A stretch of DNA of 34,046 bases. It comes from a virus. Taxonomy: Duplodnaviria; Caudoviricetes. This document shows positions 1-8,117 of this stretch, piece by piece (position 1 is the stretch's first letter; each line of letters begins with the position of its first letter). The DNA is taken from IMG/VR virus record IMGVR_UViG_3300010398_000330, positions 1 through 34,046 of that record; one strand, written 5' to 3'. The translations under genes and the position numbers were made by a program. The notes under the pieces are model-generated. The model saw nothing but the letters and a program-made list of their open reading frames with translations, searched no databases and was not told the origin of the DNA.

Positions 1-3
1 CGC

Positions 4-286
4 CCGGGCCCGAAGGCCCGGAAGTAAGTCAGAAAACCGGGCCTACCCCTAGACGTTGTCTAGCCGACATGTAGTTGGCATGACAAATAATTCCCGACCT
101 GACCGATGTTGCACCTACATCTGGAAAAGATGTTGCACCAAGGGTGGTTGGTATGTCCCTTGATCTCATTCAAGTGCGCGTAACTACATAGAAAAATGAC
201 TGGCATGCCGATTGCCGCTCGGCTTTTGCCTACATCCGGCCTTGAATCTCGGCCGCGATGTAGTTGGCACGATACCGATAAATCGG
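4..286. repeat. Non-coding region with direct and inverted repeats and hairpins (candidate packaging or late-control region)
   Basis: ATGTAGTTGGCA at 69-80 and 258-269; GATGTTGCACC at 105-115 and 129-139; inverse core CTACAT in 114-121, 182-189 and 229-236; hairpin CCGGGCC-CGAA-GGCCCGG at 4-21. Confidence 0.6.
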
Positions 287-601
287 CTAAGCCGTCTTTT
301 TCGTGAAAGTCATGCTTTGCTCGATGGCGCGGATGTCGTCGGCCACTTCGGCCGGCGCTTCGGCGGCTACGGCGTTGGCGAGCTCGTCGTCGAGGGCGCG
401 CATGGCGGCGGTCATCTCGGCGTCGGCGGTCGCTTGGCGCGCTTTGGCGTCGGCCAAGGTCTGATTGGCCGCATCTGCGCTCTTATTGGCCGCATCGGCC
501 GCTGTCTGAGCTGTGGTTACATCAGCGTTGGCGGTATTACATGCGTCGATAGCCGCCGACATGCGCGGCCATCCATTCATCGTGGTGACATCGAGGGCCA
601 T
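287..601 (-). CDS. Ala-rich coiled-coil hypothetical protein (104 aa)
   Basis: ATG start, heptad-like Ala/Asp/Gln helix, same strand as the neighbouring operon. Confidence 0.75.
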   Translation of the reverse strand: MALDVTTMNGWPRMSAAIDACNTANADVTTAQTAADAANKSADAANQTLADAKARQATADAEMTAAMRALDDELANAVAAEAPAEVADDIRAIEQSMTFTKKTA

Positions 602-669
602 TTACTCTGTTAGGCGACCCCATGGGGGGCAAGCGGCCGAGGACCGGCCAAGGTGGGCGAAGTGGGCGG

Positions 670-975
670 CTAGCTGACTTTGGACCACGCTTCGTTGAGC
701 GCCTGCATTTGACTGGTGTCGCCGCCGCGATCCGGATGCAGCGCGCGCGCCAGGGCGCGATAGAGACCCTTCTCGCCGCCGAGGAGCTCGATGACCGCGG
801 CCGCGAAACCCTCGGCCTTACCGGCGAGCTCAGCGCGCTCGACCAGCATTCGATTGAGCGTCTCAACCGTCTCTTTCAGGTTGGCAATCCGGCCATCCTG
901 CTCGTGAATGAAATCCGCCTGCGCGTTCAGCGCCACAATCAGTTCAGCCCGGCTCATCTTCGTCGTCGTCTTCAT
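670..975 (-). CDS. Coiled-coil protein with C-terminal DnaJ-like J-domain fragment (HPD motif)
   Basis: YRALARALHPDRGGDTSQMQALNEAW matches J-domain helix II-HPD-helix III; start placed 6 nt downstream of TATAGT (981 is an alternative ATG). Confidence 0.8.
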   Translation of the reverse strand: MKTTTKMSRAELIVALNAQADFIHEQDGRIANLKETVETLNRMLVERAELAGKAEGFAAAVIELLGGEKGLYRALARALHPDRGGDTSQMQALNEAWSKVS

Positions 976-981
976 GTCCAT

Positions 982-1066
982 ACTATACGGCAGTCCCAAT
1001 CAAAGCTAAAGCACAAAGTGATTAACGCCAATCATTGGCCAATCATTTTAATGATTGACGCCAATC
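982..1066 (-). promoter_or_regulatory. Promoter (-10 TATAGT) with upstream CCAATC repeat array
   Basis: Minus-strand TATAGT at 982-987; CCAATC at 996, 1028, 1039 and 1061; TGATTAACGCCAATC (1019-1033) vs TGATTGACGCCAATC (1052-1066). Confidence 0.55.
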
Positions 1067-1075
1067 GCGGCTCTG

Positions 1076-1561
1076 CTAATATGGGATCGTGGGGATCCGA
1101 TCTTGGCTCTTGCGGCGCAGGAGCTTGACGGCTTCTCTGACCCGATCTCTAGCGCAGCCGATGCGACGGGCGATCGTGCCGTAGCTCATGCGTCCCTCCC
1201 AAAACAGTTTGTAGATCTCGTATTGATGCGCGGTGAGCCTCGCCCCGTTGCCGACGAAATGGATCATGCGTTCGTCGTCGTAGCGGCCGAGGGCTTTATG
1301 CGGCCAGGCGCTCGAGATCTTGCGACCGTCGGCTTGCATGCGCGTCAACTCCTTTTGTCGCGTCGTCGTATCCTCGTCGTGATCCCACAGGCCACCGCCG
1401 GCGTGCTCGTCGGTGGCGACGGCATGGATCGACTGCGCGTAGTCGAGCTCGGCGGTCGACTGGGCGACCATGCGTCCCGAGCGAACCGAGACCGGCAAAT
1501 ACTCGGCGCCATGCTCGGTCCACGGCGCGGCATAGATCCCGTGCTTCTCGTAGTCGCTCAT
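1076..1561 (-). CDS. Protein with C-terminal sigma70 region-4-type HTH (putative late transcription regulator)
   Basis: LTAHQYEIYKLFWEGRMSYGTIARRIGCARDRVREAVKLLRRK; ATGA overlap with the upstream gene stop at 1558-1561. Confidence 0.7.
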   Translation of the reverse strand: MSDYEKHGIYAAPWTEHGAEYLPVSVRSGRMVAQSTAELDYAQSIHAVATDEHAGGGLWDHDEDTTTRQKELTRMQADGRKISSAWPHKALGRYDDERMIHFVGNGARLTAHQYEIYKLFWEGRMSYGTIARRIGCARDRVREAVKLLRRKSQDRIPTIPY

Positions 1562-1905
1562 CGTGGTTTTCTCCCCGTCTTGATCAGCCAATCGATCTGC
1601 ACCTTGAAGTTATCGAGGGCGGCCACGCATTCACGAATCGCGTCGCGCGTCGACGATGATAGGCGCACGAGCGCGATCATCATTTGCTGCTGCAGCAAAT
1701 CCGTCGACGCGATCCAGCCGATGAGCGCCCAAGCATCGACCCATTGCGAATGCCATTCGTCATTCAACCCGTGATTGACCTCAGTAAACATGAGCACACC
1801 CGTTTCAGAAAGGGAAAACGCGGTAGCGCCGACGATCTGCCAACCCGCAGCGACGAGCGGCGCGACTTTATCGACGGTGACGCGACGGTAGTAGCGGCTA
1901 TTCAA
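1558..1905 (-). CDS. Hypothetical protein (115 aa)
   Basis: 4-nt overlaps with both neighbours in the operon. Confidence 0.65.
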   Translation of the reverse strand: MNSRYYRRVTVDKVAPLVAAGWQIVGATAFSLSETGVLMFTEVNHGLNDEWHSQWVDAWALIGWIASTDLLQQQMMIALVRLSSSTRDAIRECVAALDNFKVQIDWLIKTGRKPR

Positions 1906-2408
1906 GTTGCAACCTCGACGTCGGGATCCGAGTGATCGAAGTAAAGCTCGACGAGCACACCTTCGGTTTTCGCCCAGCGTTTGCGCACCACGACGGTGGT
2001 GAGTTGCGCATCGTCGCGATAGACGACGCCGGTCAACGCGTCGCCGACGGCGCGCAAGAGTTTATCGGCATCGGGGCGCGTCTCTGGCAAGTCGCGAGCT
2101 CGACGGGGTTTCAGATCGCCAGCGGCGTTCAGATGGCCGCGGGGCCGGAGCCGGCAGAACGTCAAGACCGCAAAGATTGCGCCTTGACTAATCAGCGCTA
2201 TGGATTGCCGTCGCATTTCGCAAAGCGCAGCGGTGGCGACCGACGACGACCAGGCGCGCTGGTCGCTGCCCGTCGTCGAGTGCCGCAAAAACATCTGGCC
2301 ATCTTTCCGTCGACCGATGGCGAGCGAGCCTTTAGGTGCCGGCCGGCCGGCAACAAAAAATCCCACGATCGGCCGCTGGGGGATCACCGCGGCTACCATC
2401 GCGGTCAC
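1902..2408 (-). CDS. rusA: RusA-family Holliday junction resolvase
   Basis: PAPKGS N-terminal motif and PDADKLLRAVGDALTGVVYRDDAQL catalytic motif. Confidence 0.9.
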   Translation of the reverse strand: MTAMVAAVIPQRPIVGFFVAGRPAPKGSLAIGRRKDGQMFLRHSTTGSDQRAWSSSVATAALCEMRRQSIALISQGAIFAVLTFCRLRPRGHLNAAGDLKPRRARDLPETRPDADKLLRAVGDALTGVVYRDDAQLTTVVVRKRWAKTEGVLVELYFDHSDPDVEVAT

Positions 2409-2836
2409 GACTTGCCCCCAGAGCGCGCCAGGCGGCCCGCCTTGACGGCTTCAACCATCCACACGCCCTCTAGGCGCTCAATCGCGTTAAAGGCGTCCTG
2501 GCGCGTTCTAGAGCCGTTCTCGTAATCGCGGCAGATTTGGTCAACGGTATCGGATGCACTACGAACGGGATCAGTGTAGGGAACTTTAACGCCATTGGCG
2601 GCGCGCTCGAGCTTTTCGTACATCGCGAGGATGCGTTCGCCGATCTCGCGTTTGAGCTCGGCGGCAATCTTGACCGTCGAGGCCTCGACGGCGGCTTTGA
2701 AGTCGGGGAACATCGGTTCGGGATTCGCGTAGCGCGGCTCGATGCGGATGCCGTGATCGGGATCGGGCCGAACCTCGTAGCCCGAGTTTCTGATTCCGCG
2801 GATGAGCTCGCGGGGCGTCCAATCGCACGATCCCAT
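2405..2836 (-). CDS. Hypothetical protein (143 aa)
   Basis: GGAGG RBS upstream, GTGA overlap with rusA. Confidence 0.75.
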   Translation of the reverse strand: MGSCDWTPRELIRGIRNSGYEVRPDPDHGIRIEPRYANPEPMFPDFKAAVEASTVKIAAELKREIGERILAMYEKLERAANGVKVPYTDPVRSASDTVDQICRDYENGSRTRQDAFNAIERLEGVWMVEAVKAGRLARSGGKS

Positions 2837-2887
2837 CTGATCTACCTCCGGCTACCGCGGCAGTCCGCGATCCGCTCCGATTCGGTT

Positions 2888-3115
2888 GACTGGTTCCCGT
2901 GGTTCCCCCCTTAAGGGGGGGGGAACCACTGGGAGTAAAACCACCACCCGGTACCGAAGTACGGGAACCACTTTTCCAGAATGATTGCCAATGATTGGAT
3001 CTGGTGGTTCCCGGTGGTTCCCGTTTTGGGAACCAGGTTCCCGGTACCCCGGCCTGCATTTTTGTCTCCGACGGAGATTTTTTGTCGGGAACCACTTGCC
3101 GGTAGCTCGGGAACC
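2888..3115. repeat. Iteron-like GGTTCCC/GGGAACC array with central palindrome; candidate replication origin
   Basis: 10 copies (2892, 2901, 2921, 2963, 3006, 3016, 3028, 3036, 3087, 3109) in both orientations; GTGGTTCCCCCC-TTAA-GGGGGGGGGAACCAC; directly downstream of the primase-helicase gene. Confidence 0.7.
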
Positions 3116-3125
3116 ACCCTCCCGG

Positions 3126-4934
3126 TCATTCATCGTTCAATCCCCCGAGCGCGAAACTGTTATTGACCACACGAAGTGGGCAACGCTCAATGATGCCCGC
3201 ATACACCATTCTGCTGATGGCCGCTAGGCATTGAGCGCGCCGCATCTTGACGCGTTGCATAACCTCATTGGCGGTTTGTGCCCCGTTGTGGATCGCCCGG
3301 AGGATGTCCCGGTCCAAATCCGACAGGGTGGCGCTCAGGTCTTCGGTGAACGTGCCGACGCGGCCATCGAAGTGGAGTCCGATGGTGCCGGGCAAGCCGA
3401 AGCGATTCTTGGTAACCTCAAGCCGGGCGCGCTCCCCGTCGCTAAGAAGGAGCATATCCACCGCGGCGTCATAATCGATCTCGCCGGAGTCTTTGCCGCT
3501 ACCCTGGAGATCGACACCGTGCCGGTCGGCGTCTTGGTGGTAATTCACCCGGGCGACGCCGGAGACGATGAGCGCCGGGGCTTTGGTCTCTTTGGTCCAC
3601 AGCGAAATGCTATCGCTTAGCAGGGCCGTTGCGAAGCGCGGCTCCGTCGGGTTTAACCGACGCGCCGCGTGTTGCAGGTAGTCGAGGACGAGGAGCGGCG
3701 CGTGTCCTAGCGCCTCGCAGATGCGCGCGAGGAGCTCGAGGAAGACATCGCCGCGGCGCAGTTCGCGCACGTGGATCCGCAAGCCCTCGAGCGCGGCGGC
3801 GAGCGTCTCGGTTTCCGATGGGCCGGTTTCGTAAACGTCGATCCAGGATTCGCGTCGTTCTTGGGCGACGAGGCGAGCCATGGCTTGGCGGCCGGATAGC
3901 TCGGACGAGATATACAGAACATCGTCGGAGCGGGCGATATACCGGCCGATCTGCAGAGCGAGCCCGCTCTTGCCCTTGCCGGGCGGGCCGTTCAGGACTG
4001 TCACGCTTTCCGCGCGCAAGCCGCCGGTCAGCCGATCGAGGGTGGCGAGCCCGGTACGGACTGGTACGGGAAGCGGTACGGGCCAGATGCGCCGGATCTG
4101 GTCGGCGACGAAAAGGATCTCGGTTTCCGGTGCAAGGTTCGGGGCGTCGAGGGCGATGCGGACGAGCTCCTCGGGCTCCCCGCCGCGGCGCAACCAATCG
4201 ATGACATCGTCGCCGTCTTCGAGCCCGGGGAGCTCGACGACGCGCAGGCTTTTGCTAATAGGCTCGAGAGTGGCGCGCGCTGCGCTTGCGTACTTGGCGC
4301 CGGGCGGGTCGTGGTCGGGCAAGATCACCACGTGCCGTCCTTTAAGGAGCTCGGCGGCGCGCTTGGCGGTACCGCCGAAGTTGCTGGCGCCGCCCGGCGT
4401 GGTCACCGCGGTGAGACCCTGGAGCCGCAAGGCATCGACGCATTTCTCACCTTCGACGAGAAAGACAAAGGCCTCCGGCGGGGCGCCGGCGAGCTCGGGG
4501 GCGCGATACAGGGTGAGCGGGGCGTCGCCGCGGCCACTCAAGAAACCGGCGCCGTTCCGGTGCCACTGGGTAAACGTCTTCGTGCCGTCGGAGAAGTCCT
4601 TCCGCACGACGCGCAAGCCGCCGTCGTAGTCGTAGAACGTCTCTGCGATGACCCGGCGGGAACCGGTCTCAGCGACGGGATCTGTCGACTGGTTCCCGTG
4701 GTTCCCGTGCTCGGAACCGCATCGGCACTCGCCCTCAAGCCGGTGCGCGTAGGTATCGCCGGGCTCGGCCCGAAGGTCGCCGGCGAATTCCTCGCGCGTG
4801 CAGTGAGCGTACTTGCCGTCGGTGCCCAGGAAGCCGTAACAGCGGATGCCTTTACCGCGCGGGGCCCGGTCGTAGCCGCCGCAGATCGGGCACGGGCGCT
4901 CGGCGGAGAAGCGATGCGACCGAGCGACGGCCAT
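3126..4934 (-). CDS. Bifunctional primase-helicase (Zn finger + TOPRIM + DnaB/SF4 helicase + C-terminal wHTH-like tail)
   Basis: CPICGG Zn finger; VEGEKC and LPDHD TOPRIM motifs; TGLATLDRLTGG, Walker A GPPGKGKS, LDYLQ, KNRFG. Confidence 0.92.
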   Translation of the reverse strand: MAVARSHRFSAERPCPICGGYDRAPRGKGIRCYGFLGTDGKYAHCTREEFAGDLRAEPGDTYAHRLEGECRCGSEHGNHGNQSTDPVAETGSRRVIAETFYDYDGGLRVVRKDFSDGTKTFTQWHRNGAGFLSGRGDAPLTLYRAPELAGAPPEAFVFLVEGEKCVDALRLQGLTAVTTPGGASNFGGTAKRAAELLKGRHVVILPDHDPPGAKYASAARATLEPISKSLRVVELPGLEDGDDVIDWLRRGGEPEELVRIALDAPNLAPETEILFVADQIRRIWPVPLPVPVRTGLATLDRLTGGLRAESVTVLNGPPGKGKSGLALQIGRYIARSDDVLYISSELSGRQAMARLVAQERRESWIDVYETGPSETETLAAALEGLRIHVRELRRGDVFLELLARICEALGHAPLLVLDYLQHAARRLNPTEPRFATALLSDSISLWTKETKAPALIVSGVARVNYHQDADRHGVDLQGSGKDSGEIDYDAAVDMLLLSDGERARLEVTKNRFGLPGTIGLHFDGRVGTFTEDLSATLSDLDRDILRAIHNGAQTANEVMQRVKMRRAQCLAAISRMVYAGIIERCPLRVVNNSFALGGLNDE

Positions 4935-4937
4935 CGC

Positions 4938-5705
4938 TCACCCTTTCTCACCGCCGAGGGCAAGGCGCAGTTGCTGGGCGCGCGCCGGTTTGACCTCGAG
5001 CTCGAGTTGCTCGCGGGTATCTTCGAGCCGCTGGCGAGCGATCTTGCAATAGTGGGAATCCAGTTCCCAACCTATCGCCCGACGGCCGGCCTGAACCGCG
5101 GCGACGAGGGTGGTACCGGAGCCGGCGAACGGGTCGCAAATGAGCTCGCCGCGGTCGGTGAAGTCGGCGACCAGGGCACGCATGAGACCGAGCGGCTTCG
5201 GGCAGGGATGATCGGGCCGGTCGGGCCCTTGGCAATTGCCGTCGATCCACACGGCAGCGCGTCCGCCGCCGTTCCAACGTTTGCGGCCGGGCCGGTGGGC
5301 AATGGTGCAGGCCTCGAAACCTTGCGCGGGCCGGTCGCCCGACACTTGGGGCATCGGGTTCGTCTTGATCCATGCGCCGGTGCGGACGTACCAGTCGCCG
5401 AATGCGGCGCGCCAGCGCGGCGCGATCTCGACGTCGCTAAACACGATCGCCCAGCGCCTGGTGAGACGCATGATCTCGGCGGCGACCGGGTCTAGCAGAT
5501 CATCGATAGCGCCAATACGCAGTGACGCCAGATCGAAAGCCGACTTGCTGCGATCTCCAAAGCGCCCTTTATTCGTCCGTGTCCTCGTATAGAGATGGGC
5601 CGAGTAAGGCGGGTCGGTGATCACGTGGTCGACACTGGCATCGGGCAGCGATTCGAGGCCGAAGACGCGTTCGACGCAAGAGCCGAGACGGAGATCCCAG
5701 ATCAT
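4938..5705 (-). CDS. Orphan beta-class N6-A/N4-C DNA methyltransferase
   Basis: VITDPPY (motif IV) precedes HPCPKP and DPFAGSGTT (motif I); start re-set to the ATG at 5705 with GGAG RBS and ATGA overlap. Confidence 0.92.
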   Translation of the reverse strand: MIWDLRLGSCVERVFGLESLPDASVDHVITDPPYSAHLYTRTRTNKGRFGDRSKSAFDLASLRIGAIDDLLDPVAAEIMRLTRRWAIVFSDVEIAPRWRAAFGDWYVRTGAWIKTNPMPQVSGDRPAQGFEACTIAHRPGRKRWNGGGRAAVWIDGNCQGPDRPDHPCPKPLGLMRALVADFTDRGELICDPFAGSGTTLVAAVQAGRRAIGWELDSHYCKIARQRLEDTREQLELEVKPARAQQLRLALGGEKG

Positions 5706-5872
5706 CGGATCTCCGTCGGCAACGGCAGTTGCCCGGCGAGAAGGTGATTGCGCCGGATGACGGCGAGCACCCTTGCCACCGCGGCGCGCGAAGCGCGGTA
5801 GCAGGAAATGCAGCGCGGCGGCGCGCCCGAATAGCGTCGGATGCGCCCGCAATAGATGCATGGGCGGTTCAT
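5702..5872 (-). CDS. Small CxxC..CxxC zinc-finger protein (56 aa; not in ORF track)
   Basis: MNRPCIYCGRIRRYSGAPPRCISCYRASRAAVARVLAVIRRNHLLAGQLPLPTEIR; ATGA overlaps at both ends. Confidence 0.75.
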   Translation of the reverse strand: MNRPCIYCGRIRRYSGAPPRCISCYRASRAAVARVLAVIRRNHLLAGQLPLPTEIR

Positions 5873-6131
5873 CCGGTGGCCGTTTTCTCAGGCTCGACGG
5901 GGCGCCGACGAATGCGATAGGTCCTAGGGACCGGACCGAAGAACGTCGCTAGGTCGGTACCGCAGACCGTGCAAAAGCGGGCCAAGGTCGGCACCGACGG
6001 GATCGCTTTGGCGTGGATCCATGACCAGACGCACTGTTCGGTGATACCTAGAGCGAGGCGAGCTCGCGGCGGCTGACGCCGGACCGACGCAGGTAGAACC
6101 GGATGCGAAGGGCGAGCGCCGGGCGATCCAC
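5869..6131 (-). pseudogene. Cro-like XRE HTH gene interrupted by a 1-nt frameshift near 6056-6058
   Basis: Frame from GTG 6131 reads MDRPALALRIRFYLRRSGVSRRELA then stops at TAG 6048-6050; the -1 frame continues LALGITEQCVWSWIHAKAIPSVPTLARFC; divergent from the repressor. Confidence 0.7.
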
Positions 6132-6140
6132 GTAAAACTT

Positions 6141-6177
6141 TCAACGCGCTTTGCTCTTAGCCGTCAAGTTTGATTGA
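6141..6177. promoter_or_regulatory. Two candidate repressor operators overlapping the cro promoter
   Basis: TCAA-GTTTGA-TTGA (6164-6177) and TCAA-CGCGCT-TTGC (6141-6154); minus-strand TTGACG -35 at 6162-6167. Confidence 0.6.
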
Positions 6178-6243
6178 TAAAAATCCAAGTCTGTGGGACG
6201 GTTAGCGCTCGCAAAGGGCGGTCATTCCGCGGATAGTAGGATC

Positions 6244-6702
6244 ATGGGAATTGCGACAGACGGTGAGCCGGTCCTTTCCGAGGCTTGGAAGGCATCGGTG
6301 AGAGAGTGGATAGCGGCACACCGCCGGTCCATGACGTGGCTTGCGGATCAGTGTGGGATCACCGCCGCCGCGGTCAGCGCGATCCTGATGCCGGAAGTCC
6401 GGCGCCGCCGCAGAGGATTAAGTCCTGTCAAATTTTCGAAACACGCCATCACCATCGCCAAGGTGACGGGGATCCCGCTACCGCATCCGGGAACCAGTCC
6501 ACTCACGACGCAAGCGATCCAATACCTTGAAATTCTGGAGAAACGAAATCCAGCCGTTTTACGAAAATTCGTTGCCAAGCTTGAACGATATACAGAAGGT
6601 CTGATGCATGTTCTGGATCTAGAGCGGGCACTCTTAGGGGATCTCGGTGAGGAGCAAGCGCACGATCGTCACACGGACGCCGAAGCGAGCCGCCGGCCGT
6701 AA
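6244..6702 (+). CDS. CI-like immunity repressor (N-terminal HTH, no S24 peptidase domain seen)
   Basis: VREWIAAHRRSMTWLADQCGITAAAVSAIL HTH; divergent from the cro-like gene. Confidence 0.65.
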   Translation: MGIATDGEPVLSEAWKASVREWIAAHRRSMTWLADQCGITAAAVSAILMPEVRRRRRGLSPVKFSKHAITIAKVTGIPLPHPGTSPLTTQAIQYLEILEKRNPAVLRKFVAKLERYTEGLMHVLDLERALLGDLGEEQAHDRHTDAEASRRP

Positions 6703-6851
6703 GGGGGTTACCGGCCGCGCGGGTCAAAGGCCCGTCGAGCTCAGCGGCGTGAAAAGCGCCCGTCGGGGCTTTTGGTCGACGGGCTGCGTATCCGTTGGCG
6801 GAAACGGATTTAAGTCTTAGTGTCCGCGATCTACGAAAGACGTCTTTAGTA

Positions 6852-6914
6852 TTAACGTCTTTTGCGGCACACGATCTTCGCTATTGACAATCAATTTTTG
6901 TTGAACCAGAGAAT
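6852..6914 (+). promoter_or_regulatory. Early rightward promoter with operator in the spacer
   Basis: TTGACA 6884-6889, GAGAAT 6909-6914 (19-bp spacer); TCAA-TTTTTG-TTGA 6891-6904; weaker TTAA-CGTCTT-TTGC 6852-6865. Confidence 0.6.
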
Positions 6915-6920
6915 GGCGGC

Positions 6921-7076
6921 ATGAGCGGTTGGGTCCGACCCCCGCGCATCCGCCTGGTTCGGGCGGCCCCGGCAAAGCGCCGATGGCCGCCGGCCGTATG
7001 GTGGATGCTGCTAGGAGCGATCGCGTGGATGATCGCGCTTGGGTTGATCTACCTGACCGCGTGGCTCTTGCGATAG
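6921..7076 (+). CDS. Small single-pass membrane protein (51 aa; not in ORF track)
   Basis: MSGWVRPPRIRLVRAAPAKRRWPPAVWWMLLGAIAWMIALGLIYLTAWLLR; basic N-terminus plus hydrophobic helix; stop is 9 nt before the next gene. Confidence 0.7.
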   Translation: MSGWVRPPRIRLVRAAPAKRRWPPAVWWMLLGAIAWMIALGLIYLTAWLLR

Positions 7077-7085
7077 GGGATCACC

Positions 7086-8117
7086 ATGGATCGCGACGAG
7101 ACGGCCCTGACCTTGTCGTCGGGGAATGGGCTAGCTACGCGCCGGGACCTAGTCCGGGACATGGACACAGTCCGGCTGGAGATCTTGAAGGAGTGCAGCC
7201 GCCGCGGCTTCGCCGAAAAAGCCCGGTATCGGAAGCCCGTCGGTGAAGGGATCGAGGGCCCGTCGATCCGCTTCGTCGAGGCGGCGCTAAGGTGCATGGG
7301 ATACGTCGAGTGCTCGACCCGGCTTCTCGACGACGATGATCGGAAGCGCACGCTCCGCTGTGTCGTGGCCGACCAAATTAAACAGGTGTATTGGCTGAGG
7401 GACATCGTCGTGGACAAGACCGTTGAGCGCATGAACCCGTCGGGCCGGGTGATCTACAGCGAGCGGCAGAACAGTCAGGGCCGCACGGTCTATCTGGTCT
7501 CAGGGACGGAGGATGAGATCACGAACAAGGAAGGCATGCAGATCTCAAAAGCCGTGCGTCAGCTCGGGCTCCGGCTGATTCCCGCGGACATCGTCGACGA
7601 GGCCATGGAGAGAGTGATCGCGGTTATCGCCGCCGACGATAAGGCCAATCCTGATGATGCGCGCCGTCGGCTGACCGATGCGTTTTCTCAGATCGGGGTT
7701 TCCCCCGGCGACCTTCGCCAGTATCTCGGCCATGACTTGGACAAAATCACGCCCAAAGAGCTCGCCCAACTTCGGGCCATCTGGACAGCGATCAAAGACG
7801 GTGAATCGTCTTGGTCCGATGAGCTCGAGCTCGGGCGCGCCGCCACACCGCAGCCGCCGCCGAAGCCCACCCAGGCGCCCCCGTCGTCACCCGGGCCGCA
7901 TCCCACCGACGACGGGGGCGCCGTTATTACCGAGGAGCGGGAAGTCGATCGCATCGTCGCCCGGCTGCTGCTTAGCCCGGACAAGTACGAAGACGAATTG
8001 CCGGCGATCATGAAGCTCGCCAAGACGCCGCGGCCGGGGGAGACGGTCTCAGATTACGCGGTGGCCAAAGAGGAATGGGATAAAGCGAAAGCCATTGCGT
8101 TGAGGACCAAGAAATGA
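7086..8117 (+). CDS. Putative single-strand annealing (RecT/Sak-like role) recombination protein
   Basis: ARYRKPVG-EGIEGPSIRFVEAA motif recalled from phage proteins next to exonucleases; Pro-rich linker; the function is inferred from context. Confidence 0.55.
   Translation: MDRDETALTLSSGNGLATRRDLVRDMDTVRLEILKECSRRGFAEKARYRKPVGEGIEGPSIRFVEAALRCMGYVECSTRLLDDDDRKRTLRCVVADQIKQVYWLRDIVVDKTVERMNPSGRVIYSERQNSQGRTVYLVSGTEDEITNKEGMQISKAVRQLGLRLIPADIVDEAMERVIAVIAADDKANPDDARRRLTDAFSQIGVSPGDLRQYLGHDLDKITPKELAQLRAIWTAIKDGESSWSDELELGRAATPQPPPKPTQAPPSSPGPHPTDDGGAVITEEREVDRIVARLLLSPDKYEDELPAIMKLAKTPRPGETVSDYAVAKEEWDKAKAIALRTKK

Noticed and set aside
2888-3115. CRISPR array (a Cas4-like gene is present)
   Set aside because: The repeats are 7-bp, irregularly spaced and in both orientations; no cas1/cas2; Cas4-like nucleases are common in phages
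4311-5495. Long plus-strand ORF (394 aa) and similar antisense ORFs, e.g. 32304-33359 and 23926-24795
   Set aside because: Shadow frames of well-supported opposite-strand genes in GC-rich DNA
4938-5705. Restriction-modification system
   Set aside because: No adjacent restriction endonuclease; an orphan phage methyltransferase is the ordinary explanation
5706-5861. N-terminal extension of the methyltransferase
   Set aside because: The region is better explained by the 56-aa Zn-finger gene in another frame, with ATGA overlaps at both ends
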